64,000 bases of DNA from Patescibacteria group bacterium UBA7435 (GTDB taxonomy: Bacteria > Patescibacteriota > Minisyncoccia > Phycocordibacterales > UBA918). The translations under genes and the position numbers were made by a program. The notes under the pieces were generated by a model. That model worked only from the letters and a program-made list of their open reading frames with translations. It did not search any database and was not told where the DNA came from. Location: positions 19,942 to 83,941 of the forward strand of contig DLQJ01000007.1 of assembly GCA_002477545.1 (NCBI GenBank), given 5' to 3'. Position 1 is the stretch's first letter; each line of letters opens with the position of its first letter. Shown piece after piece: positions 9,883-20,193 of the stretch.

Positions 9883-10228
9883 AAAAAAAATGCCCCACTA
9901 ATATAATATGTGAGGCATTGTGCTGAAAAATTCAGCTAATCTCCGTTTGAGTTCTGCATTACTAGGACTCCCCCTGTAAATAATTGCGTCCTGGTCAATC
10001 CAGACGCACGCCGGCCAAATCAGATGTTGTTTGAGACTATCGCTGGAGCGATAGTAGTCGGACCACGAATTAGCATGATCTTACTCCTTTTATCAGTTTG
10101 AGCTTTCTTCTTCAATGTGTTGACCATGCGGCCGTTTTCGAGCCAAGAAGCCTACGGGCTCTCTATGGCGATCGCAACTAGCAGTCATATGATGCCAATT
10201 TTCGCGATATCATCACCGCAGGTCAACG
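9883..10228 (-). ncRNA. Candidate structured RNA carrying micro-ORFs
   Basis: TTGACA(10261-10256)-16-TAGTAT(10239-10234) promoter, multiple hairpins, terminator at 9883-9919 with U8, no long ORF. Confidence 0.55.
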
Positions 10229-10326
10229 CGAATATACTAGCACATAGTATGGTTTTGTCAACAGCTGTACAAGTAAAATGCGTATTTGTCTAGATATTGC
10301 TATAATTAGAAGGTTAATACGACGTT

Positions 10327-10863
10327 ATGGAGCTTTCAACACAAATTGAAGGGCTGTTGTTCTATAAAGCAGCACCTATTAAACTCACTACGCTGAAAAA
10401 GATTTTTAGTGTGTCTGATGGTGAATTGGAAACAGCAGTACAGAACATCAAGGAACGTCTACATGAAGGTGCTATACGTCTTGCTATCACTGAAACGGAA
10501 GTGCAATTAGTTACAGCCCCAGAACTAGATGAACTCATAGAGTCGGTACGCAAAGATGAACTCAAGCGTGACATTGGAAAAGCAGGTGCTGAAACATTGG
10601 CGATTGTTTTATACAAAGGACCAATTAGCCGAGTTGAGATTGATCGTATTCGCGGTGTTAATTCAGGATTTATTCTGCGAAACCTTATGGTGCGTGGATT
10701 AATCGAGCGGGGAACCCAAGGAAAGAGTCACACATTTGCTCTGACGCCCACATTACTATCTCACTTGGGCATCACGCACAAAACTGAACTTCCAAACTAC
10801 GCGACGGTACTTGATCAACTTGAAAGGTTTGAGCAAGAACAAATTGACGCTGAAAATATATAA
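10327..10863 (+). CDS. scpB: Segregation and condensation protein B
   Basis: IEGLLF, ETLAIVLYKGPISRVEIDRIRGVNS. Confidence 0.95.
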   Translation: MELSTQIEGLLFYKAAPIKLTTLKKIFSVSDGELETAVQNIKERLHEGAIRLAITETEVQLVTAPELDELIESVRKDELKRDIGKAGAETLAIVLYKGPISRVEIDRIRGVNSGFILRNLMVRGLIERGTQGKSHTFALTPTLLSHLGITHKTELPNYATVLDQLERFEQEQIDAENI

Positions 10864-10868
10864 TCATC

Positions 10869-11927
10869 ATGACTGACACACCTGAAACTGACACAACAGA
10901 AGAAATGATGGATCAAGTACAGACAGAGGAATTTATTATGCCCGAAGAAGACCCCATACTACGCGAGAAAATCCCTGTACTACAACAGCTAACACTTCTA
11001 GCTGCCATTTTACTTCTACTCTTAGGTGGCGCAATCACACCAAAAATCATTGCCTATTTCGCAGATGAAGCTGATGTAATTCCCGCTGCTCCAATTTTGA
11101 AGGAGAAGGTGGAGCCTTTAGAAGCACAAGGGAAAAGTATCAAACCTTTTTCTGAGGTAAGTATTGCTGCTGAAGCTGCGTATGTATGGGATGTTCGTGG
11201 ACAACGACCATTGTTCAAAAAGGACGAATCTGAACAATTACCACTTGCATCAGTTACAAAGCTCATGACTGCGCTAGTAGCCTACGAATTACTTGCTGAC
11301 ACTGAAAACGTGGCTGTAACTGAGCAAGCAATCAAACAATACGGAAATAGTGGTCTCCTGCAGGGAGAAACATTCAATCGGGCAACACTTTCAAATTTGG
11401 TGTTAATGTCTTCGTCAAACGATGGAGCCTATGCATTGGCGGCCGCCGCTGGAGAAGTACTGCAAAAAGACAACGGAGCAATTGCATTCGTGCACGCAAT
11501 GAACATCCGGGCGGAAGAACTTGGACTAGTTAGCACCTACTTCAAAAATCCTACAGGTCTTGATATAGATGAGTCAGAAAATGGTGGAAACGGTTCTGCA
11601 AAAGATATGGCATTTTTAATGGAGTACATTCTTGAGAATCAGCCGGAAATACTACAGTTTACAAAAGAACCAGATGCACGCGTCTATAGTGAGGATGGTA
11701 TTTATCATGATGCGGTGAACACTAATTACTACATTCATGAAATTCCAAATCTCTTGGGATCGAAAACAGGCTACACAGAATTAGCAGGAGGAAACCTCGT
11801 GGTTGCGTTCGACGCAGGACTGGACCGACCGATTATTATTAGTGTACTTGGATCTACCCGACAAGAACGGTTTACTGACGTGTTGAAGCTTGTAAAAGAA
11901 GCACAAGACTACGTAACTCAGCAATAA
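10869..11927 (+). CDS. D-alanyl-D-alanine carboxypeptidase (peptidase S11)
   Basis: SxxK (ASVTKLM), SxN (SSN), KTG triad; N-terminal TM helix. Confidence 0.92.
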   Translation: MTDTPETDTTEEMMDQVQTEEFIMPEEDPILREKIPVLQQLTLLAAILLLLLGGAITPKIIAYFADEADVIPAAPILKEKVEPLEAQGKSIKPFSEVSIAAEAAYVWDVRGQRPLFKKDESEQLPLASVTKLMTALVAYELLADTENVAVTEQAIKQYGNSGLLQGETFNRATLSNLVLMSSSNDGAYALAAAAGEVLQKDNGAIAFVHAMNIRAEELGLVSTYFKNPTGLDIDESENGGNGSAKDMAFLMEYILENQPEILQFTKEPDARVYSEDGIYHDAVNTNYYIHEIPNLLGSKTGYTELAGGNLVVAFDAGLDRPIIISVLGSTRQERFTDVLKLVKEAQDYVTQQ

Positions 11928-11928
11928 T

Positions 11929-12987
11929 ATGGATATTTCAATCATTAAAATTCTCATCCCTGCAGTGCTTGCTTTTGTTATTGGTATTGGTATCACTCCA
12001 TTGATTACACACTATCTTTATAAATACAAAGTCTGGAAAAAGGAAGGTGGCAAGACTGCAATGAACGGGATGATAGCTACTGAATTCAACCGACTCAAAG
12101 GAGATGGCGAAACAAAAACACCTCGCATGGGAGGTATCGTTATCTGGGGGAGTGTTCTGCTTACTGTACTCTTACTTGCCGTTTTAGGTGAGATGTTTAA
12201 AAATTCGATCTTTGCAGAACTGGATTTCTTTAGTCGTTCTCAAACCTGGATACCAATCTCAACTATGATACTCGGTGCTGCGTTGGGATTTCTTAATGAC
12301 TTTTATGATGTCACTCACCGGCGTGACGGAGTATCAATCCGTGTGCGACTTTTATTGATCTCAATTCTTGCGGGTTCTATCGGTTGGTGGTTTTACGCAA
12401 AGCTAGGAGTAGATACTGTCGGTATCCCATTTGATGGAACATTATTCGTGGGATGGCTTATTATTCCTATTTTTATCATTCTTGCTAACGCACTCTATGC
12501 GAGCGGTGTGATTGATGGTATTGATGGTCTTTCAGGTGGAGTTTTTGCGTCAATTTTTATCTCATACGCTGGAGTTGCCGTTATCCAATCACAGTTAGAT
12601 ATCGCAGCATTGTGTGCGACCATCGCAGGGGGTATTCTTGCATTCTTATGGTTTAACATTCCTCCTGCGCGTTTCTGGATGACTGAAACAGGTAGTATGG
12701 CATTAACACTCACACTTGCGGTAATTGTCTTCATGACTGATAGTCTGGGAGATGGTAACGGTATTGCACTTCTGTTTATCATTGGTCTACCACTTGTTGC
12801 AACTGTTATTTCAAATATTGTTCAGGTCATCTATCGAAAGGTAACAGGAAAGAAGTTATTACGTATTGCACCATTACATCACCACTTTGAGGCCATTGGA
12901 TGGCCCTCATATAAGGTGACTATGCGGTATTGGATTATTAGTATTTTCTGCGCTATTTTCGGTATTATTATTGCTGCAATTGCATAA
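11929..12987 (+). CDS. mraY: Phospho-N-acetylmuramoyl-pentapeptide transferase
   Basis: TPRMGG, DGIDGL, APLHHHFE. Confidence 0.93.
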   Translation: MDISIIKILIPAVLAFVIGIGITPLITHYLYKYKVWKKEGGKTAMNGMIATEFNRLKGDGETKTPRMGGIVIWGSVLLTVLLLAVLGEMFKNSIFAELDFFSRSQTWIPISTMILGAALGFLNDFYDVTHRRDGVSIRVRLLLISILAGSIGWWFYAKLGVDTVGIPFDGTLFVGWLIIPIFIILANALYASGVIDGIDGLSGGVFASIFISYAGVAVIQSQLDIAALCATIAGGILAFLWFNIPPARFWMTETGSMALTLTLAVIVFMTDSLGDGNGIALLFIIGLPLVATVISNIVQVIYRKVTGKKLLRIAPLHHHFEAIGWPSYKVTMRYWIISIFCAIFGIIIAAIA

Positions 12988-12993
12988 CTTCCT

Positions 12994-14094
12994 ATGAATA
13001 AGAACGTAGATCGTACATTATTGGTTATTATCATCACGTTAGTAACGCTTGGCTTTTTCATATTCTCTTCAGCGTCACTTGGGCTTCTTGCACGAGAAGG
13101 GGCGCATTTTTCTTCTGTAGCATTTAGCCAAATTGTCTTTGGAATCATAGGAGGGGGAATCGGGATGTTCCTGACCAGTCAGATTTATTACCGTAATTGG
13201 CGACGTTTTGCCTTCTATATATTTCTCGGGACTTGCCTGCTCACCCTGGCGGTTTTCATCCCAGGCATAGGATTCGAACATGGAGGAGCACACCGTTGGC
13301 TCATTGTGGCTGGATTTTCATTTCAACCAGCTGAACTCTTGAAGATCGGATACATCATCTATATGGCCACTTGGTTATCTGGAACGCAAAAACAAGTAGC
13401 GACATTTAAAAACGGCGTACTACCGTTTCTTGGCATCACTATGGTAGTAGGGATTATTTTATTACTCCAACCAGACACTGATACCTTCTTACTCATGGGG
13501 ACCGCGGGATTGGCAATGTTTGTGACCGCTGGAGGTAGATGGCGTGACGTTGGACTCATGATGCTTTCAGGGGTAGTGCTACTTGCGCTACTTGCATTTA
13601 GTCGTCCATACATCATGGATCGAATCACCACATTCCTCGACCCCACAACCGACCCGCAAGGAAGTAGTTACCAAATTCAGCAGTCACTTATCTCTATTGG
13701 CTCAGGTGGGTTTGCAGGGCGTGGGTTTGGACAAAGTATCCAGAAATTTGAATACCTACCCGAGCCTATTGGAGACTCGATCTTTGCCGTCTTCTCTGAA
13801 GAATTTGGATTTATCGGAAGTGTCTTTCTTATTGGACTGCTTTCGTTCTTTACCTTTCGCGGATACAAGATTGCTTCACACGCAAGCGATCTCTTTGGGA
13901 TGTTACTTGTAGTGGGATTCATGACCTTAATTGTTATTCAGGCATTTTTAAACATAGGCGCCATGCTCTCGTTAGCGCCACTGATGGGATTGCCGTTGCC
14001 GTTTGTCAGTCACGGGGGGACAGCCCTGTTAACGACACTTATTGCAGTGGGAATTGTACTTAACGTATCCAAGTACCAAAAGAAAGGGTTATAG
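12994..14094 (+). CDS. ftsW: SEDS peptidoglycan polymerase FtsW
   Basis: FQPAELLK, LLQPD, YLPEPIGDSIFA, LPFVSHGG; sits between mraY and murG. Confidence 0.9.
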   Translation: MNKNVDRTLLVIIITLVTLGFFIFSSASLGLLAREGAHFSSVAFSQIVFGIIGGGIGMFLTSQIYYRNWRRFAFYIFLGTCLLTLAVFIPGIGFEHGGAHRWLIVAGFSFQPAELLKIGYIIYMATWLSGTQKQVATFKNGVLPFLGITMVVGIILLLQPDTDTFLLMGTAGLAMFVTAGGRWRDVGLMMLSGVVLLALLAFSRPYIMDRITTFLDPTTDPQGSSYQIQQSLISIGSGGFAGRGFGQSIQKFEYLPEPIGDSIFAVFSEEFGFIGSVFLIGLLSFFTFRGYKIASHASDLFGMLLVVGFMTLIVIQAFLNIGAMLSLAPLMGLPLPFVSHGGTALLTTLIAVGIVLNVSKYQKKGL

Positions 14095-14125
14095 GGAGCG
14101 TGATACACTTATATTAATATATATT

Positions 14126-15250
14126 ATGAAGAAACGTATAGTTCTTGTAGGAGGAGGCAGTGGTGGGCATTTTTACCCAGTTATTGCTGTCGCAGAGCGT
14201 CTTAACGACTATAAGGCACAGGGTACCGACCTTGAGCTGTATTACATGGGCCCTGAACCATATAGTCAGGATGATCTTGATGCGAACAACATAACATTTG
14301 TTTCCATACCAACAGGGAAGCGTCGTAAATATTTTTCTGTATTAAATTTCTTTGATTTGTTTAAGGTATTCTTTGGTCTGTTCTTTGCGGTTTGGAAACT
14401 ATACAAAATCTATCCAGATGTTGTATTTAGTAAAGGAGGGTACACCAGTGTACCTGTTGTACTAGCTGCATGGTTTTTACGCATTCCAATTATGGTGCAC
14501 GAATCAGACACTAAGGCAGGAAGTGCCAATAAGTTAGGAGGGAAGTTTGCACGGTACATTGCCATTGCATTTGATGACGCTGCAAAAGATTTTCCTGTGA
14601 CAAAAACGGCACTTGTTGGCATCCCTATGCGAAAAGCCTTCCTTGACGAAGTACAAGACCCTATACAGCAACTGCAACTACCGACAGAAAAACCGCTAAT
14701 TTTTGTAACCGGTGGGTCTATTGGTGCACAGAAAATTAACTCATTGATCATGGAGTCATTGGATGATCTTTTACCAAACTATACAATTCTGCACCAAACT
14801 GGTGAAAAAAACGAAGAAACTGTTCGTTTGACATCCTCCCAGCTCATTACAGACACTTCACTGCTCGCACGATACTTTGTAAAAGGAAGCCTCAATGCAA
14901 CGGAAATGAATCTGGCTCAAAGCGCTGCGAGCATTATCGTTTCGCGGGCAGGCACGGGAACTATCTTTGAGATTGCTCACAAAGGAAAGCCTTCTATTGT
15001 AATTCCTATTCCAGAGGACGTCAGCCACGATCAGCGAACCAATGCATATGCCTATGCACGTAGTGGTGCTGCATCGGTACTTGAGGAAGCAAATCTTACT
15101 GACGGTTTGCTAACCTCTGAAATAACCCGTATTATGGGCGATCAAGAAACTTACAAAGCAATGAGTAGCGCTGCTAAAGCATTTGCTGGAGATGATGCCG
15201 CTGCAACTATTGCCAAGACTCTTATTGAGGTTACTGAAGAGCACGTCTAA
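14126..15250 (+). CDS. murG: MurG glycosyltransferase
   Basis: GGGSGGHFYP, KGGYTSVP, HESD, SRAG, DQRTNA; start moved to MKKRIVLV at 14126. Confidence 0.95.
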   Translation: MKKRIVLVGGGSGGHFYPVIAVAERLNDYKAQGTDLELYYMGPEPYSQDDLDANNITFVSIPTGKRRKYFSVLNFFDLFKVFFGLFFAVWKLYKIYPDVVFSKGGYTSVPVVLAAWFLRIPIMVHESDTKAGSANKLGGKFARYIAIAFDDAAKDFPVTKTALVGIPMRKAFLDEVQDPIQQLQLPTEKPLIFVTGGSIGAQKINSLIMESLDDLLPNYTILHQTGEKNEETVRLTSSQLITDTSLLARYFVKGSLNATEMNLAQSAASIIVSRAGTGTIFEIAHKGKPSIVIPIPEDVSHDQRTNAYAYARSGAASVLEEANLTDGLLTSEITRIMGDQETYKAMSSAAKAFAGDDAAATIAKTLIEVTEEHV

Positions 15251-15270
15251 TATTTTACTGAATCACCATT

Positions 15271-16713
15271 ATGAAAAAAATCGTCACCCGTTTCGCACCA
15301 TCACCAACAGGCTTTATGCACATTGGCGGGGTTCGTACTGCACTGTACTCATACCTCTATGCTCAGAAAATGGGAGGTGATTTTATTCTGCGCATTGAAG
15401 ATACTGATAAGTCACGAGAGGTTAAAGGCTCTATCGCACACATCCAAGAATCACTTACATGGTTAGGCATTGATTGGAAATACGGTCCAGACAAGCCAGG
15501 CCCTTTTGGTTCATGCCTACAATCAGATCGATTAGACATCTACAAGAAATACGCACAAACCTTGGTTGATAAAGGTCTTGCGTACCCTGATCCATACACC
15601 AATGAAGAACTTGAAGCATTTCGTGAACAAGCAAAAGCAGAGAAGCGGCCATTCCTCTACAGAGAACATCGGCCAGAAACATTTGGTGTATGGGACGGAA
15701 CTAAACCATTACGATTTAAGGTGTCTGAAGTAAAGCGATACCACTGGACTGACGCGGTGCGTGGCGAGCTTGAAGCTGGAGAAGAAATGCTTGACGATAT
15801 TATCATCATCAAAGCTGACGGATATCCTACTTATAACTTCGCACATATCGTGGACGATCATGAGATGGAAGTAACACATGTCATGCGCGGGGAAGAGTTC
15901 ATTGCAAGTACTCCAAAGTTTCTGAGTCTTTATGACGCACTTGAAATTCCATATCCCGTATTTGTAACTATGCCACCGATTATGGCTGCAGATGGTAAAA
16001 AGAAGCTTGGTAAACGTGATGGAGCAAAAGACTTACTTGAATACCGAACTGAAGGATACTTACCAGAAGCAATGGTTAACTTCTTGGCACTTATCGGTTG
16101 GAATCCAGGAACAGAGCAGGAAGTCTTTGGTGAAACTGAACTTATTGAGACATTCACTCTTGAAAAAATACAAAGATCCGGAGGAGCTTTCAATGAAGAA
16201 AAACTATTATGGATGAATAAAGAATACCTACAAAAACTCAGCACTGAAGATTTTGCAAAGTATGTGAAAGATGCACTTCCTGAAACAATTACGAGTCTAC
16301 CTCTGTTTACCGAGCAAACACTTTTGAAGCTCGCACCATCTATTCAAGAACGAGTACACAGTAAAGCTGAGATCACACAAGCCGCTGAGGAAGGGGAGTA
16401 TTCATGGGCATTTAGTACACCTAAGGTTGATCCAGCACTCGTACAATGGAAGAAAGATGAGTCACCTAAAGATGCACTCCCACGACTACAAAAAGCTCTA
16501 GAATTACTAACTGACGCCGATTTTAGCACTGCAGACACAATTAAGAGCGCAGTCTGGGACTATGCAGAAGAAGTAGGGAGAGGAGAACTCCTGTGGCCGT
16601 TACGCGTATCACTTACCGGACGAGAACGTTCACCAGATCCATTTACCTGCGCGTTTGTAGTAGGGAAGGAGGAAGCTCTGTTACGAATACAGTCAATTCT
16701 AAATTCTATTTAA
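15271..16713 (+). CDS. gltX: Glutamate--tRNA ligase
   Basis: RFAPSPTGFMHIGG, LRIEDTD, THVMRGEE, KLGKR. Confidence 0.96.
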   Translation: MKKIVTRFAPSPTGFMHIGGVRTALYSYLYAQKMGGDFILRIEDTDKSREVKGSIAHIQESLTWLGIDWKYGPDKPGPFGSCLQSDRLDIYKKYAQTLVDKGLAYPDPYTNEELEAFREQAKAEKRPFLYREHRPETFGVWDGTKPLRFKVSEVKRYHWTDAVRGELEAGEEMLDDIIIIKADGYPTYNFAHIVDDHEMEVTHVMRGEEFIASTPKFLSLYDALEIPYPVFVTMPPIMAADGKKKLGKRDGAKDLLEYRTEGYLPEAMVNFLALIGWNPGTEQEVFGETELIETFTLEKIQRSGGAFNEEKLLWMNKEYLQKLSTEDFAKYVKDALPETITSLPLFTEQTLLKLAPSIQERVHSKAEITQAAEEGEYSWAFSTPKVDPALVQWKKDESPKDALPRLQKALELLTDADFSTADTIKSAVWDYAEEVGRGELLWPLRVSLTGRERSPDPFTCAFVVGKEEALLRIQSILNSI

Positions 16714-16783
16714 ATATTGACGAAATGTTATTTTCGTTATATAGTTGATTTAAAATCAAACAAGCAACACAGGAGGTTAGACC

Positions 16784-17395
16784 ATGCTTGAGCGAATTGG
16801 AAAGCTCTTTACAGAAAACAAAAATCGAGAAGCATTCTTCAAGATCGTTGGACGTCACTGGCCAATGGGAAGTGCAGAATATAGGCTCATAGAAAAAGCC
16901 TACGACGCAGCAAAAAATGCGTTCCGTCACACCAATCGTGAGGGAGGTGAGAGGTATTTTGAACACCTTCGTGGTGTGGCACTTATCATTCTGGAACACC
17001 TACGTTGTCGTGACCATGAAGTAATCATTGCTTCACTGCTTCACGACATTGTTGAAGATAGACCTGAATGGACTCATGAAAGAGTTTCGTTTGAATTTTC
17101 TCAGTCAATATCAGAATTGGTCTGGTGGGTTACAAAGCCTCCAGTATCTGATTACGATGATGACAAGGAAGCGAGAAATCGGGCATATCACAACAATCTA
17201 GGTCGTGCTCCACGCAAGGCACTGATCGTAAAATTAGCTGACCGCCTTCATAATCTTATGACACTTTGGGATTGTACTCCCGAAAAACGTCTGCGGAAAG
17301 TTCTTGAAACACAAGATTATTACCTTCACTTAGCTGAGAAGGAAATGCTTCTGATTCATGAAATTGAGGATGCGCTACGCAAGCTTCTTGCATAA
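16784..17395 (+). CDS. HD-domain RelA/SpoT-type hydrolase (small alarmone hydrolase/Mesh1-like)
   Basis: R.GGERYFEHL, LLHDIVED, VKLADRLHN; no synthetase domain. Confidence 0.85.
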   Translation: MLERIGKLFTENKNREAFFKIVGRHWPMGSAEYRLIEKAYDAAKNAFRHTNREGGERYFEHLRGVALIILEHLRCRDHEVIIASLLHDIVEDRPEWTHERVSFEFSQSISELVWWVTKPPVSDYDDDKEARNRAYHNNLGRAPRKALIVKLADRLHNLMTLWDCTPEKRLRKVLETQDYYLHLAEKEMLLIHEIEDALRKLLA

Positions 17396-17452
17396 ACACA
17401 AAACGGGCCCTTACGGCCCGTTTTTCATATGGTAAAATATATACATATTCTT

Positions 17453-18751
17453 ATGTGTACACGTACGATAGCTGTTTTTATTTTGGGTCTTTTAATAGCT
17501 CCGCTTTTGACTGTGGGTACGCATTTTGCGCAGGCACAAAGTGAGGTTCAAAAACTCCAAGGGCAAATTACTGAACGCAATGACCGACTGTCAGATATTG
17601 AAAAAGAAATTGCAGAGTACGAAGCTGCGCTTAATGAAGTTGGGGCTGAGAAAGACACACTGCAGCGAGCAATTAACCAGCTTAGTCTTGAACGCAAGAA
17701 AGTACTTGCCGACATCAGTTACACTGAAAATAAAATCTCTTCAACCGATCTCACCATCAACAAACTCACTCTTGAAATTGGTGTTGCAGAAAAAGATATT
17801 GCTCGTAACGAAGAATCCATTAAGGCAATCTTACGCAAATTTAATACGGCTGACAATGAATCATTCATTGAGGTATTCTTACGTCAAGAAAATATTTCAG
17901 CTTTTTGGAATGAATTTGAAGAACTTGAAACAGTAAAGGAAACAATGTTCCTTCAAATCGAGGATCTTAATGAATCAAAATCGATCCTTGAGCAAAAACG
18001 ATCACAAAGCACCTCTGAGCGAAGTAACTTGGTAGATCTTAAAGATCAGTACGACGACCAACAGAGTATCCTTGCTCATAACACGGCTAACAAATCAAAC
18101 CTGCTTTCAGCGACTAAGAATGAGGAAGCTAGTTATCAAACACTACTTGAACAAAAGAAAAACGCTCGCGATACACTCTTAGCTGAAGTTCGTGACATCG
18201 AATCACAGATTCAATTTATCCTAGACCCAAATACTATTCCAACTCCAGGAACTGCAGTATTTCGCTGGCCATTGGACAGTCCGTATATCACACAGTATTT
18301 CGGGTATACCAAATTCGCACAATCAGGAGCCTACGGGGGAAGCCAGCATAATGGTATGGATCTTGGTGCACCTATTGGCACAAAACTCTATGCGCCATTA
18401 ACAGGGACAGTACGAAACGTTGGGAACACTGATGCGGTACCTGGTTGTTATTCATGGGGACAATGGCTTTTGATTGATCATCCTAACGGTCTTTCTTCTA
18501 TGTTTGCTCATTTAAGTCAAATCTCAGTCTCACCAGGACAGAAGGTAAACACGGGAGATATTGTTGGGTATGTTGGGAGCACAGGATACTCAACAGGTCC
18601 TCACCTACACTACACGGTATATGTAACTGATGGAGTACAAGTAAAACAATTCAATCAGTTTAAGAAGGTGACAGGTTGTGGGGCAGCATTGTCACCGTTC
18701 GCTGCAATTGATGCGTACTTGGATCCGTTGGATTATTTGCCGACACTGTAA
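17453..18751 (+). CDS. Coiled-coil M23 peptidoglycan endopeptidase (EnvC/CwlO-like)
   Basis: Signal peptide, long coiled coil, HNGMD and STGPHLH. Confidence 0.9.
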   Translation: MCTRTIAVFILGLLIAPLLTVGTHFAQAQSEVQKLQGQITERNDRLSDIEKEIAEYEAALNEVGAEKDTLQRAINQLSLERKKVLADISYTENKISSTDLTINKLTLEIGVAEKDIARNEESIKAILRKFNTADNESFIEVFLRQENISAFWNEFEELETVKETMFLQIEDLNESKSILEQKRSQSTSERSNLVDLKDQYDDQQSILAHNTANKSNLLSATKNEEASYQTLLEQKKNARDTLLAEVRDIESQIQFILDPNTIPTPGTAVFRWPLDSPYITQYFGYTKFAQSGAYGGSQHNGMDLGAPIGTKLYAPLTGTVRNVGNTDAVPGCYSWGQWLLIDHPNGLSSMFAHLSQISVSPGQKVNTGDIVGYVGSTGYSTGPHLHYTVYVTDGVQVKQFNQFKKVTGCGAALSPFAAIDAYLDPLDYLPTL

Positions 18752-18782
18752 CAATGGGCACGCCCCTTGCGTACTACTATAT

Positions 18783-20183
18783 ATGAATGAATCACAAGCA
18801 ACACAAATAGTAATACTTGGAGGAAGCGGGGATCTGGCAAAGCGGAAACTTATTCCAGCACTGCTTGATCTCTATGTGCACAGAAAACTCCCTGACGTTT
18901 TTTCTGTTATCGGGTTAGCTCGAACACCTCGAAGCGACGAAGAGTACCGACAATTTGTAAACGACTCCCTTACAGCCCATGAACATGGCCATAGTCAAGA
19001 AGATATTTCTGCATTTTGTTCACGTGTATCATACATCTCTGGATCTTTTGACGACCCACAAAGTTACCAGACACTTAAAACTTCTTTAGATTCATTTTCT
19101 GATTCACAAAATGTCTGTACTAACAGGCTTTTTTATCTTGCGGTACCACCACAATATTACGAAACTATTTTTGAATATATTCACCAAACTGGGCTCGCGG
19201 AAAATTGCTCTGATGGGGAAGGGTGGGCACGTATTTTAGTTGAAAAACCATTTGGTCACGACCTTGAAACTGCACAAAAACTCGATCAAAAACTAAGCTC
19301 TTTGTTTACAGAAGATCAGATCTTTCGTATTGACCACTATCTTGCGAAGGAAGCGGTACAAAACATACTTTCATTTCGTTTTGCCAACACACTCTTACGA
19401 TCACCTTGGAACAAGGAACACGTGAAAGAAGTACGGATCACCATGCATGAAGATATCGATGTCCAAGACAGAGGAAATTTTTATGACGGTATCGGCGCGT
19501 TGCGCGACGTGGGGCAAAATCATCTACTGCAATTACTTGCTCTAATAACTATGGACGAACCTCAGGAGTTTACCGCAAAAAATATTAGAAAAAATCGAGC
19601 AGAAATTCTTAGTGCACTTATTCCCTTTACAGACCAAACAATACAAACACAACTACAACGTGCTCAGTACGAAGGATATACCAATACTACAGGTGTCGAT
19701 GAAAACTCAACGACCGAAACATTCTTTGCGCTTACCGCATATCTAGACACTGAAACTTGGCAAGGAGTACCGTTCCACATAGAAGCAGGGAAGGGGATGG
19801 CAGAAAAGAAAGTTTCTATTGAAATAGTATTTAATGATGTTGCATCAGGTTTGTTTGAAACTGACAGCTGTCACACCATACAAAACAAAGTCGTACTACA
19901 AATTTCTCCCGAGCAGAGTATGCATATTACACTCAATGCAAAAATGCCTGGGACAGGATACCAAATGGAATCACGCACACTTTCATTTGACTGCGATAAA
20001 TCAACACTAGAAATCAGTGCCTACGAAAAAGTCTTACTTGACTGCATTTCAGGTGACCAAACACTCTTTACACAGACCGAAGAAGTACTTGCATCTTGGA
20101 AATTCATAACTTCAATTCTTGAACGTTGGGGAGATCAAGAACTGCATATATATCCAAAGGGAAGTAAGACTCCTGTACAATAA
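18783..20183 (+). CDS. zwf: Glucose-6-phosphate 1-dehydrogenase
   Basis: GGSGDLAKRKL, EKPFG, RIDHYLAKE, RDVGQNHLLQ; start at MNESQ. Confidence 0.96.
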   Translation: MNESQATQIVILGGSGDLAKRKLIPALLDLYVHRKLPDVFSVIGLARTPRSDEEYRQFVNDSLTAHEHGHSQEDISAFCSRVSYISGSFDDPQSYQTLKTSLDSFSDSQNVCTNRLFYLAVPPQYYETIFEYIHQTGLAENCSDGEGWARILVEKPFGHDLETAQKLDQKLSSLFTEDQIFRIDHYLAKEAVQNILSFRFANTLLRSPWNKEHVKEVRITMHEDIDVQDRGNFYDGIGALRDVGQNHLLQLLALITMDEPQEFTAKNIRKNRAEILSALIPFTDQTIQTQLQRAQYEGYTNTTGVDENSTTETFFALTAYLDTETWQGVPFHIEAGKGMAEKKVSIEIVFNDVASGLFETDSCHTIQNKVVLQISPEQSMHITLNAKMPGTGYQMESRTLSFDCDKSTLEISAYEKVLLDCISGDQTLFTQTEEVLASWKFITSILERWGDQELHIYPKGSKTPVQ

Positions 20184-20193
20184 GATTATATTT

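Noticed and set aside
9945-10102. GTTTGAG three times at 67-84 nt spacing, resembling a CRISPR repeat start
   Set aside because: Identity does not extend beyond 7 nt, spacing is irregular and there are no cas genes.
9883-10228. tmRNA or RNase P identity for the structured RNA
   Set aside because: No tRNA-like acceptor/T-arm/CCA or Ala-ending tag, and no GAGGAAAGTCC or ACAGAA...GGCTTA core found on either strand.
11929-15250. mraY-ftsW-murG without murD
   Set aside because: Fragmented dcw clusters are common; murD may lie elsewhere in the genome.
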